Below the pieces are notes generated by a model, which ran no database searches, was not told where the DNA came from, and was given only the letters and a program-made list of their open reading frames with translations. Of a DNA stretch of 64,000 bases, positions 40,267 through 49,214 are shown piece by piece. Every line of letters begins with the position of its first letter. Positions within the stretch are counted from its first letter, which is position 1. Made by a program: the position numbers and the translations under genes. This DNA is from a virus. Location: IMG/VR virus record IMGVR_UViG_3300005529_000029, positions 1-64,000 of that record; one strand, written 5' to 3'.

Positions 40267-40755
40267 ATGTCAAGCATTCTATTTAACCTAGGCGAATACA
40301 AACACTTTGAAGAGAAAAGCGATCTGCTTAAACATCTCTACAACAGTTCGCGTCCATATACTCAGCAAGATTTGCCAGCGAGCGTGGGAGAATTTCTTTT
40401 TGAGCTTAACGCTGAAGCATATGCAGAAAGATATGCTGAGAACGCAGAGACCGGAAGTGAAATTGAAGAAGCGCGCGCCAATCTGTCATTTGATCCCTCT
40501 GATTATGACTTCGGCAAGGTCACTGACTGGAATAACCTGCTTCAAATCTATGATCTTCTTAAGCGAATTCGTTATCAATGCGATGAATTCCACGAGGGAC
40601 ATCCCGCAATGGATCGCTATGAGATTCTTCAACTGATGATAACTATCCTCTCTCAAGTGCTCATAAATAAGATGAAAGCCGGAAGTGAGTTTAACGACAT
40701 TCCCGCTAAATACTATACGTTCTCGGCGGCGACTGACAAAGAAACCCTTTTTTGA
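40267..40755 (+). CDS. Hypothetical protein
   Basis: AAGGAG RBS; LNAEAYAERY...IRYQC. Confidence 0.65.
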   Translation: MSSILFNLGEYKHFEEKSDLLKHLYNSSRPYTQQDLPASVGEFLFELNAEAYAERYAENAETGSEIEEARANLSFDPSDYDFGKVTDWNNLLQIYDLLKRIRYQCDEFHEGHPAMDRYEILQLMITILSQVLINKMKAGSEFNDIPAKYYTFSAATDKETLF

Positions 40756-41204
40756 CCTTTTGGGGTATACATATTATGCAAAATACAGCAGAATTGGATA
40801 AGAGTCTGACAGACCATCCTGGAACTATTGGTGGTGGCGCCGTCGTCAAGGTCTGGAATGAACCTGAAGGCAAGTTCTACACGATCCAGCGTGAAGACAG
40901 TTCAACTTTCCGGCTTCAGATCTTCCATGATCGGCAAGCATTAATCAACCGCCTTTCTGAGCTATTAGCAATCTTCAGAACGAAATTTGGAATACCTAAG
41001 AGCTGCGATCCTGGCGTTTATATTCGAGCATTAGGATACCGAACTGCCGCAAACGACATTGAACACATCTCTGTGGCTCATCTTCTGCTACGGCTTCCAG
41101 AAATCTCTCCTGATGCTGCGGTAATTACCAATGACGATATTAACGCCTGGCTTGAACCTCTCGGTCTCTATTTCGAGCCAAGGGAAAGTGAGCAATCCCA
41201 ATGA
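40752..41204 (+). CDS. Hypothetical protein
   Basis: Operon position. Confidence 0.5.
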   Translation: MTFWGIHIMQNTAELDKSLTDHPGTIGGGAVVKVWNEPEGKFYTIQREDSSTFRLQIFHDRQALINRLSELLAIFRTKFGIPKSCDPGVYIRALGYRTAANDIEHISVAHLLLRLPEISPDAAVITNDDINAWLEPLGLYFEPRESEQSQ

Positions 41205-41395
41205 AGCCACTTTATGCAAATACCTGTGGTGATTGCGGGAACCGAATAATTTCCAAGTCTATCTGGACACTTCCATTGCTCTTAATTTGGCACGATCTCA
41301 ACGTTCATGGACTTCTATTCACCGATGCCTGGAACCCTCGCAAGATCATCAGTCGCCACCATAAAACAAGACAACGAGAAAGAGAGGGCAAATAA
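41201..41395 (+). CDS. Hypothetical protein
   Basis: ATGA coupling. Confidence 0.4.
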   Translation: MKPLYANTCGDCGNRIISKSIWTLPLLLIWHDLNVHGLLFTDAWNPRKIISRHHKTRQREREGK

Positions 41396-41397
41396 TC

Positions 41398-41643
41398 ATG
41401 ACCAAAGAACAAGAGATCGAGCAGGCAAGACGGCAATATGACGCTTTAGGGCAATCATGTGATCGATTGCTTCAGGCTCAGATCAAAGCTCAATCAACCG
41501 GCAACTGGCCTCTCTTCAAGAAGATCAGGGATGCTCACTCGCGAGTGGTCCAGCGCCGGCGCTACCTGAAGGTTCTAATAGAAGTTTTACCAGGAATCCA
41601 GGGACAAGAGCCAAATCCGCGTTCAAAGTCTTTTTGGCGTTAA
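41398..41643 (+). CDS. Hypothetical protein
   Basis: Operon position. Confidence 0.5.
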   Translation: MTKEQEIEQARRQYDALGQSCDRLLQAQIKAQSTGNWPLFKKIRDAHSRVVQRRRYLKVLIEVLPGIQGQEPNPRSKSFWR

Positions 41644-41650
41644 AGCTGAC

Positions 41651-41679
41651 TTGATTTTGTAAACATTTAGTGATATATT
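41651..41679 (+). promoter_or_regulatory. sigma70 promoter upstream of the structured RNA
   Basis: TTGATT-17-TATATT with TG extension; ACATTTA at 41663 and 41693. Confidence 0.65.
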
Positions 41680-41684
41680 AAGAC

Positions 41685-42457
41685 AATACCGGACATTTAA
41701 GCTCTAGAGCCGGTATTCAGCCTCAAGTTCGATTTCGGCGGAGTTCCAATGACAGGCAATCAGCAAATACACACACAGAGATTGTCCTCTGATTACCTGC
41801 TGGGACTCCGCTCTGAGTTTCCCCTGGCGGGAAGGTCTATCCGAATCCATAAGCAAAGGAAAGGAGAGTGCGCATACAACCAGGTGGGCGCTATAGACTT
41901 CACCGATGTCCTGGGCATTTACGCGGAAAACTGCCGTAGTGGTTTCCCTGAGTCCAGATCGACATCTGCCGAGATGCGTCCTGAAATGGTTTCTGGAGCT
42001 GTGATGCTTGAAAACGTAGAGCATCGCCAAGGGTTCACAGGCATGAGGTCGGTTGCTCGACCGGTTTGTGAGAATCGTAAATCCCCGCGCTCCATGGCCA
42101 AATTTAATCCCATAAGACTTTGGGATCGCACAACACTCTTTGACAAAGTGCCGGAGCTGGAATCCAGAGAAGTACACGCTGAAGTCTTGTAAAAGACGAG
42201 TCAGCCTGGAAACACAGTGAAATCGGCCACGTCTCAGGAACAGAGCTCTTAAACTCACCTGAGGCCCATTTCGCCGTCATCGCGAACGGACACCGGAGAA
42301 AATAGTATCCGGGCCAAGCCGGTCTAACCACGGTAGCGATGAGTCGGGCGACGTATGCGATTTTTTCGTTGACCATGTGATTACGACAAAGCAAGTAGTC
42401 GACAGTTTGGCTTTATATGGGAGATCGGACTATCGAAGCGGTCTCCCATCTTTTTTT
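41685..42457 (+). ncRNA. Large structured non-coding RNA candidate (class unassigned)
   Basis: More than a dozen nested stems with G-U pairs and a GTAA tetraloop between a promoter and a terminator; no convincing ORF. Confidence 0.7.
42417..42457 (+). terminator. Intrinsic terminator
   Basis: ATGGGAGATCG...CGGTCTCCCAT-C-TTTTTTT. Confidence 0.85.
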
Positions 42458-42523
42458 AATTTGCTTATGGATTTCGATAGACCGCACAAATCAAATTTCA
42501 ATGGAGTCAGGAGACAGACCACC

Positions 42524-42730
42524 ATGCAAAGAACCGGCAAGTATATATGTTATTTCCTACAGAGTGATACGAACAAAGAATTTGACTCGCTGCAGTTAGC
42601 ATTAGAGGCTGCGAGAAAATACGTGGGGAATGCTGCCTATACTAAACCATTCCCACACGAAGAAACATATTTGTTCGGTCCTGGCGATGGTACAACTAGC
42701 GTCACAGTCCGGGAAAAAATCATATTCTAA
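42524..42730 (+). CDS. Hypothetical protein
   Basis: AGGAG RBS before ATG 42524, a more likely start than 42377. Confidence 0.55.
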   Translation: MQRTGKYICYFLQSDTNKEFDSLQLALEAARKYVGNAAYTKPFPHEETYLFGPGDGTTSVTVREKIIF

Positions 42731-42744
42731 AATTAGAAGCACAT

Positions 42745-43167
42745 ATGTCCCAAACTATAGAGATTCTTGAAAAGCAGATCGAGGAGCTGAGGTTTCAGCT
42801 TCAACAAACGAAGGATCGTGAAGCGAGTCTCCTCAGATGGATTAAAGAGATTCGTGATTGGGTAGAGGAACAAGAGGCTTGTATCCAATGCGATGACTTT
42901 TTATATTGTGAAAAGCATGCATTCAATGGTTACAAGATCGATGTGATGGGTGCTTATGAGTCCTACCTGATGCTGCTCCAGAAGTTCAAGAAAGTATCAT
43001 ACAAAGCAAATCAGGCAATAGAGTTCCTAACCTGGCTCGATGAGTTCATATCAAGCGAGACCGCTACAGTTCAGGCAATCTCCACCGTCGAACTAATTCG
43101 GGAGCGAGTAACACTGATCAAAGAACAGATGGAGTTTAATGATGACACTTCAGCAAATAAAGGCTAG
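42745..43167 (+). CDS. Hypothetical protein (coiled coil, CxxC...CxxH)
   Basis: Operon position. Confidence 0.55.
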   Translation: MSQTIEILEKQIEELRFQLQQTKDREASLLRWIKEIRDWVEEQEACIQCDDFLYCEKHAFNGYKIDVMGAYESYLMLLQKFKKVSYKANQAIEFLTWLDEFISSETATVQAISTVELIRERVTLIKEQMEFNDDTSANKG

Positions 43168-43417
43168 AGAGCAGGTCGCTCACTTCTCTTTTGCCGACGT
43201 TAATAAGTGCTTTATCGCAATGGGATTTCATCACGTCACAAGTATCTATGGTGGCATTCAGAGTGAAGCTGGGATCCATATCTATGCGAAGAATCGTTCC
43301 AGAATCCTGGCGATCAGGAATGGCAGCGACGGAATATGGTCATTCTATCACGAATCAGGCAAGGCATTTCTTGATCGAATGATCGGCGTTAAGAGTGAAC
43401 TGGAGAAACTCACATGA
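43139..43417 (+). CDS. Hypothetical protein
   Basis: GGAG RBS. Confidence 0.55.
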   Translation: MMTLQQIKAREQVAHFSFADVNKCFIAMGFHHVTSIYGGIQSEAGIHIYAKNRSRILAIRNGSDGIWSFYHESGKAFLDRMIGVKSELEKLT

Positions 43418-43635
43418 CAAAAGAGCAACTCGAGAAGTTTATTAAGATTCGCAACGAATCACCTTTCAATTCCAATATGCAATTTCAAATTGATGCTAAT
43501 GCGGCCGGTTTCGATAACAAGGAATTAGGCGAAGCTCAGAAGATCGACTTCAATGATGGTTATGGATGGCAATGGATAACGCCCCATGGCCGCTTGATCG
43601 AGTCACCTGCAGGCCGGCTTACCCTCTTGAATTAG
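43414..43635 (+). CDS. Hypothetical protein
   Basis: GGAG RBS, ATGA coupling. Confidence 0.55.
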   Translation: MTKEQLEKFIKIRNESPFNSNMQFQIDANAAGFDNKELGEAQKIDFNDGYGWQWITPHGRLIESPAGRLTLLN

Positions 43636-43644
43636 GAGACTGAT

Positions 43645-43986
43645 ATGAAAGACCTTGATGATTACCTGGCCCTGCAGAACAAAATCTTCAAATACTTTGG
43701 CTATCAAGAAGACTGGCGAGTTATTCCAATCGATGATCGACGCCAGATGTATTGGTCAATCAACGGTCCTTTAGATTCTTCACAGACGGAGATTATATAC
43801 CACCAGGACCGCGACACGGTAATCGCGCAGGATGGCAATCACTATTGTGACACGCTTTACACTCAGCGCTTCTTACCAAAATGGGTCTATGAAGGTCCAG
43901 ATTTTACCATGGTTGCAGTCAACACTCACGTAGATGGCAATCAATTCCTTGCAATCTTTGATAACGCGAAACGAGTTCAGCTATAG
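43645..43986 (+). CDS. Conserved phage protein
   Basis: YFGYQEDWRVIPI...YTQRFLPKWVY...VDGNQFL; AGGAG RBS. Confidence 0.65.
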   Translation: MKDLDDYLALQNKIFKYFGYQEDWRVIPIDDRRQMYWSINGPLDSSQTEIIYHQDRDTVIAQDGNHYCDTLYTQRFLPKWVYEGPDFTMVAVNTHVDGNQFLAIFDNAKRVQL

Positions 43987-44000
43987 ATGGAGGCTACACA

Positions 44001-44726
44001 ATGAATTCTCTTCTTAACCCGCACGAAACCGAAACTGATCCTACTCTTCTCGATGATTACGTTGCCAAGATGATGAAGCTCTCAGAGAAGATTCATTGTC
44101 TGGCCTGTGGCGAGAGCATCTGCGATGAATGCTTTAAGAAGATGATGGATCGCATTGCTGAGGGTGAAAAACCCATCCGGACAGCAACGAAAAAGACCCA
44201 GCGATCGAGACTGGAAACGTCTCTCGATAATCCAGAGCGTCTAAAGATTTACCTTGAAGGATTTCCTACAACCGCTCGATTCCCGCGGAAAAACCAATCG
44301 CTTAATCCAATCGCGCAGTTCCTCTCCGATAAGCTGAGCGAAAGAGTTTGCGTCGATCAGGCAGAAGCCTGGATTGATGGCGCAGATGAACTCATCGAAT
44401 TACCCAATTGGGCTAAATGGCTCATGATCTCAATTCAAAAAGAGGATGGTTATATCAGCGTCGGCACAGCGGCCAAACTGGTCGGATCGTGGGTATCAGA
44501 GGAACTTCGGGAAAGAGCGCGCGACGTCGTGAACGAGCTGAACACGAAGATCCAAAACATCGCTAATAGCCTGTGCTATATGCTTGGAAATGACGATTTC
44601 TCTCAGGCATCATCACTTAATGAGCTTCCGAACCTGGCTCACAAACTCAAACAGCATCTGATTATCCTGAAGGATTATGAGTCTCAGCTCTCGCTGATTA
44701 GCGGTATTCACCAGTCTTCGAATTGA
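44001..44726 (+). CDS. Hypothetical protein
   Basis: GGAGG RBS. Confidence 0.6.
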   Translation: MNSLLNPHETETDPTLLDDYVAKMMKLSEKIHCLACGESICDECFKKMMDRIAEGEKPIRTATKKTQRSRLETSLDNPERLKIYLEGFPTTARFPRKNQSLNPIAQFLSDKLSERVCVDQAEAWIDGADELIELPNWAKWLMISIQKEDGYISVGTAAKLVGSWVSEELRERARDVVNELNTKIQNIANSLCYMLGNDDFSQASSLNELPNLAHKLKQHLIILKDYESQLSLISGIHQSSN

Positions 44727-44736
44727 TCTCGAAAAC

Positions 44737-44797
44737 GTCACGTCGACCGATGCAGTTATTCTCTACGCCAACAGCGCGGTACGACGTGACTTTTTTT
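44737..44797 (+). terminator. Long-loop intrinsic terminator
   Basis: GTCACGTCG...CGACGTGAC-TTTTTTT. Confidence 0.65.
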
Positions 44798-44863
44798 GCT
44801 GGTTTTCCGTAAACATATCAACACACAAAATCTATTACTCCTCACAGAAAGAATAGGTCGCAA

Positions 44864-45073
44864 ATGGCAAATAAAGAACCTGATGCAAGTCTCTATGAAA
44901 CCGAAGCGATGATTGCGTCCCTGAAACAGTTTCGTCAATTAACACCTAATCGCGAGCTGCAACGCTCATTGGATAGAACTGTTGCTATCGCAATCGACGC
45001 GCACCGTGATCTTAAACGCAAATGTTTGAGAGTTACCAAGCGAACGATTAATCCGGAACTTATAGCCTCGTAA
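44864..45073 (+). CDS. Hypothetical protein
   Basis: Operon position. Confidence 0.5.
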   Translation: MANKEPDASLYETEAMIASLKQFRQLTPNRELQRSLDRTVAIAIDAHRDLKRKCLRVTKRTINPELIAS

Positions 45074-45088
45074 TTAAGGAGCATTCAA

Positions 45089-45967
45089 ATGAAACCTACA
45101 AAAACAAAGACTGCGCGAGCAACTAAAATAGCAAAGACGACAAAAAGAGCCTCAAAGCCTTCAGCGAAATCGAAAGCAGTGATACCTGCGGCCAAAACTC
45201 AGCCGATTACCCATGAAGAGATTTTAGGAACTTCAGTGACTACTGAGCAGGTCCAGGAGAAGGTTCTCGTATTACGCTCCTGCAAGGCTGATATGACCAG
45301 TTATGATGGCTTTAAGTGGCCAGAATCTGGTTTCGTAGAAGCGCCTGACTGGAAACCCACAAAGCAATGTGGAAATGGGCTTCATGGGTGGCAATGGGCT
45401 GTTGGTGATTTCCGGCTTGGATTCCATGACAGAGATACAAAGTGGCTAGTTATTGAGGTCGACAAGTCACAGATCGTTGAGCTTGACGGTAAGGTCAAAT
45501 TCAAGAATGGCAATGTTATTAAGGTTGGAAACTGGCATGATTGTTTTTGGTATGTGAGAACCCACACACCGAAGCCGGTTTTGGAGAAACCGGCGCCTGG
45601 TGACTACGCGCACTCTTCGACAACCGGTGACTACGCGCACTCTTCGACAACCGGTTACTACGCGCACTCTTCGACAACCGGTAACTACGCGCACTCTTCG
45701 ACAACCGGTTACTACGCGCACTCTTCGACAACCGGTGACTACGCGCACTCTTCGACAACCGGTAACTACGCGACCGCTTGTGCCCTTGGCACAAACTGCC
45801 GCGCAAAAGCAGGAGATAAAGGTTCGATCATCCTCACCTATTGGGATGATAAGGCGAATCGTTTTCGGCATGTCATTGGATACGTTGGCGAAGATGGAAT
45901 CGAAGCTAATACTTGGTACGAAATCCAAGATGGAAAACTTGGTAAATGTTCGCGCCAGGATTATTAA
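45089..45967 (+). CDS. Phage repeat protein (DUF7666-like) with 9-aa repeats
   Basis: CGNGLHG, GKVKF, VGEDGIEANTWY motifs; (G[DYN]YAHSSTT)x6. Confidence 0.75.
   Translation: MKPTKTKTARATKIAKTTKRASKPSAKSKAVIPAAKTQPITHEEILGTSVTTEQVQEKVLVLRSCKADMTSYDGFKWPESGFVEAPDWKPTKQCGNGLHGWQWAVGDFRLGFHDRDTKWLVIEVDKSQIVELDGKVKFKNGNVIKVGNWHDCFWYVRTHTPKPVLEKPAPGDYAHSSTTGDYAHSSTTGYYAHSSTTGNYAHSSTTGYYAHSSTTGDYAHSSTTGNYATACALGTNCRAKAGDKGSIILTYWDDKANRFRHVIGYVGEDGIEANTWYEIQDGKLGKCSRQDY
45599..45772 (+). repeat. 27-bp in-frame tandem repeat, 6.4 copies
   Basis: GGT-NAC-TAC-GCG-CAC-TCT-TCG-ACA-ACC. Confidence 0.95.
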
Positions 45968-45982
45968 TCTCATTGCATTCCA

Positions 45983-46657
45983 ATGGACTGCCCTTTCTGC
46001 GGAGATGAGATTCTTACCGAAATAGAGATTGGCCCAGATCGAGAGTTTTATGCTCAGTTTTGTTGCTCTGAAGCCGAGAGCATCATGCATGAGATGGATC
46101 GTAAGACCTGGGCCAATATTCTTCGAGAATGTGCTGGCATCAAAATCCGTCAACCCTTTGATGCAGGTCTCACCTGGCAATTAGATTTCGGCCTCGAAAT
46201 CGTCACAGTCGAACAAAGAGACGCAAAAGACTTTATTCGGAAATGGCATAGGCATAATCCTCCTCCGGCTGGCTGGAAATTCGGTTTTGGAATAGCCAAT
46301 GGCGCCGATCTTATTGGAGTTTGCTGGGTAGGTCGTCCAGTCGCTCGAATGCTGGACCATAAGACAATCATCGAAGTTAATAGATTATGTGTTCGAGATG
46401 ATCTGCCAAAAGCTCTCACTTGGAATGCCTGTTCTCAGATGTATGGCGAGGCCGCGAGAAACGCCCAAGCAATGGGCTATCAGAAGATAATCACATATAC
46501 ACTGATTACTGAGGAAGGTACGGCATTAAAAGCTGCTGGCTGGCAGAAAGAGTTGGTTTCGAGTGGTGGCACTTGGGATCGGCCAAGTAGGTATAGAAAG
46601 CAGAAGTCACCGACAGTTCCTAAGATTCGCTGGGCAAAATATCTCGTTTCAGTTTAA
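45983..46657 (+). CDS. XF1762/Mom-like GNAT-fold putative DNA modification protein
   Basis: WHRHNPPPAG, VGRPVARMLD, EVNRLC, NACS, IITYTL..E.G..LKAAGW. Confidence 0.75.
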   Translation: MDCPFCGDEILTEIEIGPDREFYAQFCCSEAESIMHEMDRKTWANILRECAGIKIRQPFDAGLTWQLDFGLEIVTVEQRDAKDFIRKWHRHNPPPAGWKFGFGIANGADLIGVCWVGRPVARMLDHKTIIEVNRLCVRDDLPKALTWNACSQMYGEAARNAQAMGYQKIITYTLITEEGTALKAAGWQKELVSSGGTWDRPSRYRKQKSPTVPKIRWAKYLVSV

Positions 46658-46792
46658 TTATTTGGCCGAAGAAACAGCGTTTCATCAATAAAACAGCTTG
46701 ACCAATTTATAAAAATATCGCACTATCTGAGTCAGGTCCACAATATAAATAAGAATCCACAGCCGCAACTGGATTCTCTTGGAGTCACCGAA

Positions 46793-46987
46793 ATGTCGAT
46801 GTTGCTTGTGTATGTCGTGCTCACCATCATAAGTTTCTGGCTTTGGTCACAGATTTATAGCTTCTCGCCCATTCTCTTCATGATGGGTTATTACTGGTAT
46901 TGGAAGGCATTCATCCTTGGTCTATTTGGCCTTATTCCTGATGATAAGGATTTTCGGGTTTATCTTGAGACCCAATCGCAATTATAA
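46793..46987 (+). CDS. Small membrane protein
   Basis: GGAG RBS, two hydrophobic segments. Confidence 0.5.
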   Translation: MSMLLVYVVLTIISFWLWSQIYSFSPILFMMGYYWYWKAFILGLFGLIPDDKDFRVYLETQSQL

Positions 46988-47105
46988 CTGAACGCGCCTT
47001 CATCAATTTAAATCTGCCGCAACAGATTCCCTTCTAAGTGAGAGAGCCAGGTAATCCTATTCTGGCTTAGGTAAATCAAAGACCAATCAAAAGGAGCTAA
47101 CTGAG

Positions 47106-47342
47106 ATGGCCGACAATTCGGCTGGAGAATCTCAGCGCGTCAAAGTGTGTTCGTTTTGTGGCGCTCAGATTCCTCTCATACCAAAGTCGCATCCGGATGA
47201 CATGTTCAAGATTATCTGGACATTCAAACATTCTTGCCCGCGAAGAGACGCCTTGATCGAAGAACTCTATCGTGACAGGCCCACCTTACGAGGGGTTAAA
47301 GAGAAAGGAGATGCTAGTGAGCAAAGAGAAACATACACCTGA
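47106..47342 (+). CDS. Small zinc-binding protein
   Basis: CSFC...HSC; AAGGAG RBS. Confidence 0.55.
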   Translation: MADNSAGESQRVKVCSFCGAQIPLIPKSHPDDMFKIIWTFKHSCPRRDALIEELYRDRPTLRGVKEKGDASEQRETYT

Positions 47343-47673
47343 GCCATGGAGCGTAGAAGATCCGCGTCTTGAATATCCACAGAATTATAAACTCTGGATA
47401 CGTAGCGAGTCACAGCCCAATTTCATTGGCGAAGTTGACCTAAGCGATTACTCCAATGAAGAAATAGCAATGGCAAATGCTAATCGAATAGTTGCTTGCA
47501 TTAATGCATGCAAGGACATTCCGACCGAAAATCTCGAAGCAGGAGTCATTGATGAACTTCGCGGTGCAGCTCAGAAGGTCATCGACAATTGGGAGCGTGG
47601 CGATTTATCAGCAGCAGTTCGCGCGCTTAATATTACCCTCGGTAAACTCTCAACTCCAATCTCTGAGCTCTAG
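47311..47673 (+). CDS. Conserved phage protein (HTP.PW...ANA.RI type)
   Basis: HTPEPW, ANANRIVACINAC. Confidence 0.65.
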   Translation: MLVSKEKHTPEPWSVEDPRLEYPQNYKLWIRSESQPNFIGEVDLSDYSNEEIAMANANRIVACINACKDIPTENLEAGVIDELRGAAQKVIDNWERGDLSAAVRALNITLGKLSTPISEL

Positions 47674-47720
47674 CCTCATCAATTAAAGGATCTATATTCA
47701 TATCCAGAAAGGCATAACCA

Positions 47721-48869
47721 ATGATAAAGAATAATCCAGATGCTCCGATGGAGTTCACATTAAAGAAAGAAGACTTCCTGCGAGAGTTAACGCTGATCCA
47801 GGGCGTCATTGAAAAGAAGAGCACGATCCCAATCCTCTCGTATATTGCGATCGCTGCAAACGAGATAGGTGAGGATGGCAAAATCACTTTGATTGGCACA
47901 GATATGGATTTAAGTCTGACATCGACATGTCCGGCGAATATCAAGAATGCCGGCGTCGTTACAGTATCTGCAAAGCGGCTATTTGAGATCGTCAGGAATC
48001 TGCCAGATGAGCCGATCCATATCAAATGGATCGCTAATGATGGTATCGTCCTAACCTGCGCCAAATTCGTCTCCAAAGTCCTCGGCGCCGATCCAAATAC
48101 TTTCCCGGCGATCGAGACAACTGAGCAGCCAGGTATCGAAGCGAATAGCAAGATTCTTGCCGATCTGATCGCCAGAACCTCATTTGCAATCACCACGGAT
48201 GAATCTCGATATGCTCTTAATGGCGCTCTAATACTTCGAGAAGGAAAAAACCTCGTAATGGTAGCGACTGATGCGCACCGGCTTTCAGTAGCTCAATCTC
48301 AAGCTGAAGAACCATTAAAGGCTGGCCAGAAGTTACGGGCCTTGATTCCAAAGAAGACACTTTCAATGCTCTCAAAGTTATTGATAGGCATCGATGAGAC
48401 AATCACCTTCATTGAAGATGGCAATCACTTCTTCTTCAATATTGGAGAGCGAGTTCTAGTATCGAGATTACTTTCTGGCCAGTTCCCGAATTACGAGCTG
48501 GTTCTCCCGAAAGATAACAACAAGAAGTTGGTTGTAGACGCCTCTAATCTTGGGAAAGCAGTTCGAAGGGTCTCTCTTATGGCAGATGAGCGTAGTCATG
48601 CGGTCAAGTTGTCAGTATCCGATAAACAGATCCAACTTGAGACTAGATCGAGCGAGACCGGCGAAGCAACTGAGATTCTTTCTGCAGAGTACGAAGGACC
48701 AGCTCTTACACTCGCATTCAATGCTCAATACGTGACTGAGTTGCTCAGTGTTATCAGTGCCGAGAAACTGGAATTCGCCCTGAAGGATGAACAGAGCCAA
48801 ATCCAGATTCGTCCTATTGGCGAAGCAAAGATCGATCACAAATACATCGTGATGCCAATGAGGTTATGA
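47721..48869 (+). CDS. dnaN: DNA polymerase III beta sliding clamp
   Basis: STIPILS, GTDMD, ESRYALNG, VATDAHRL, GQFPNY, FNAQY, YIVMPMRL. Confidence 0.96.
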   Translation: MIKNNPDAPMEFTLKKEDFLRELTLIQGVIEKKSTIPILSYIAIAANEIGEDGKITLIGTDMDLSLTSTCPANIKNAGVVTVSAKRLFEIVRNLPDEPIHIKWIANDGIVLTCAKFVSKVLGADPNTFPAIETTEQPGIEANSKILADLIARTSFAITTDESRYALNGALILREGKNLVMVATDAHRLSVAQSQAEEPLKAGQKLRALIPKKTLSMLSKLLIGIDETITFIEDGNHFFFNIGERVLVSRLLSGQFPNYELVLPKDNNKKLVVDASNLGKAVRRVSLMADERSHAVKLSVSDKQIQLETRSSETGEATEILSAEYEGPALTLAFNAQYVTELLSVISAEKLEFALKDEQSQIQIRPIGEAKIDHKYIVMPMRL

Positions 48870-48872
48870 TTT

Positions 48873-49202
48873 ATGAGCTATTACGATTACGAACAGTCAA
48901 AGAAAATATCAAGCGATGATCCCCAATTTGCGGCATTAATAATGGCTGCAATTCGTAAAGCCGATTCTAACAACGCTGAGAAGCTCGCAATGGCATTTCC
49001 CTTTATCTATGCTGAATTCCAAGCGAGATACCACGTTGCTGGTGGCATCCTTCCAGGCGAAAAAGTCACACCACCTGACGAAGATACTTGTGAGTTATCT
49101 TCTCCAATTAACCAAGCATCAGTTGAGCTAATCAACTCAATCGTGCGGACAAAAATATCCAAGGAAGCAATCCTAAGAGACTTTGATGATGAGGAAACCT
49201 AA
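48873..49202 (+). CDS. Conserved phage protein
   Basis: FAALIMAAIRKADSNN...AFP motif. Confidence 0.65.
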   Translation: MSYYDYEQSKKISSDDPQFAALIMAAIRKADSNNAEKLAMAFPFIYAEFQARYHVAGGILPGEKVTPPDEDTCELSSPINQASVELINSIVRTKISKEAILRDFDDEET

Positions 49203-49214
49203 AGGAGCGATCTT

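Noticed and set aside
41704-42394. ORFs 41749-42192 (+), 41704-42258 (-), 41919-42146 (-), 42104-42394 (-)
   Set aside because: No recognisable motifs, mutually overlapping, and the region is better explained by RNA structure; translation cannot be strictly excluded
41685-42457. Group II intron, RNase P RNA, tmRNA or retron identity for the structured RNA
   Set aside because: No domain V, GAGGAAAGUCC or tRNA-like ends recognised, no flanking exons and no RT gene; a covariance-model search is still needed
45599-45772. Diversity-generating retroelement, since AAC/GAC/TAC variation resembles adenine mutagenesis; or a second CRISPR array
   Set aside because: No reverse transcriptase or separate template repeat in the window, other adenines are invariant, and units are contiguous without spacers
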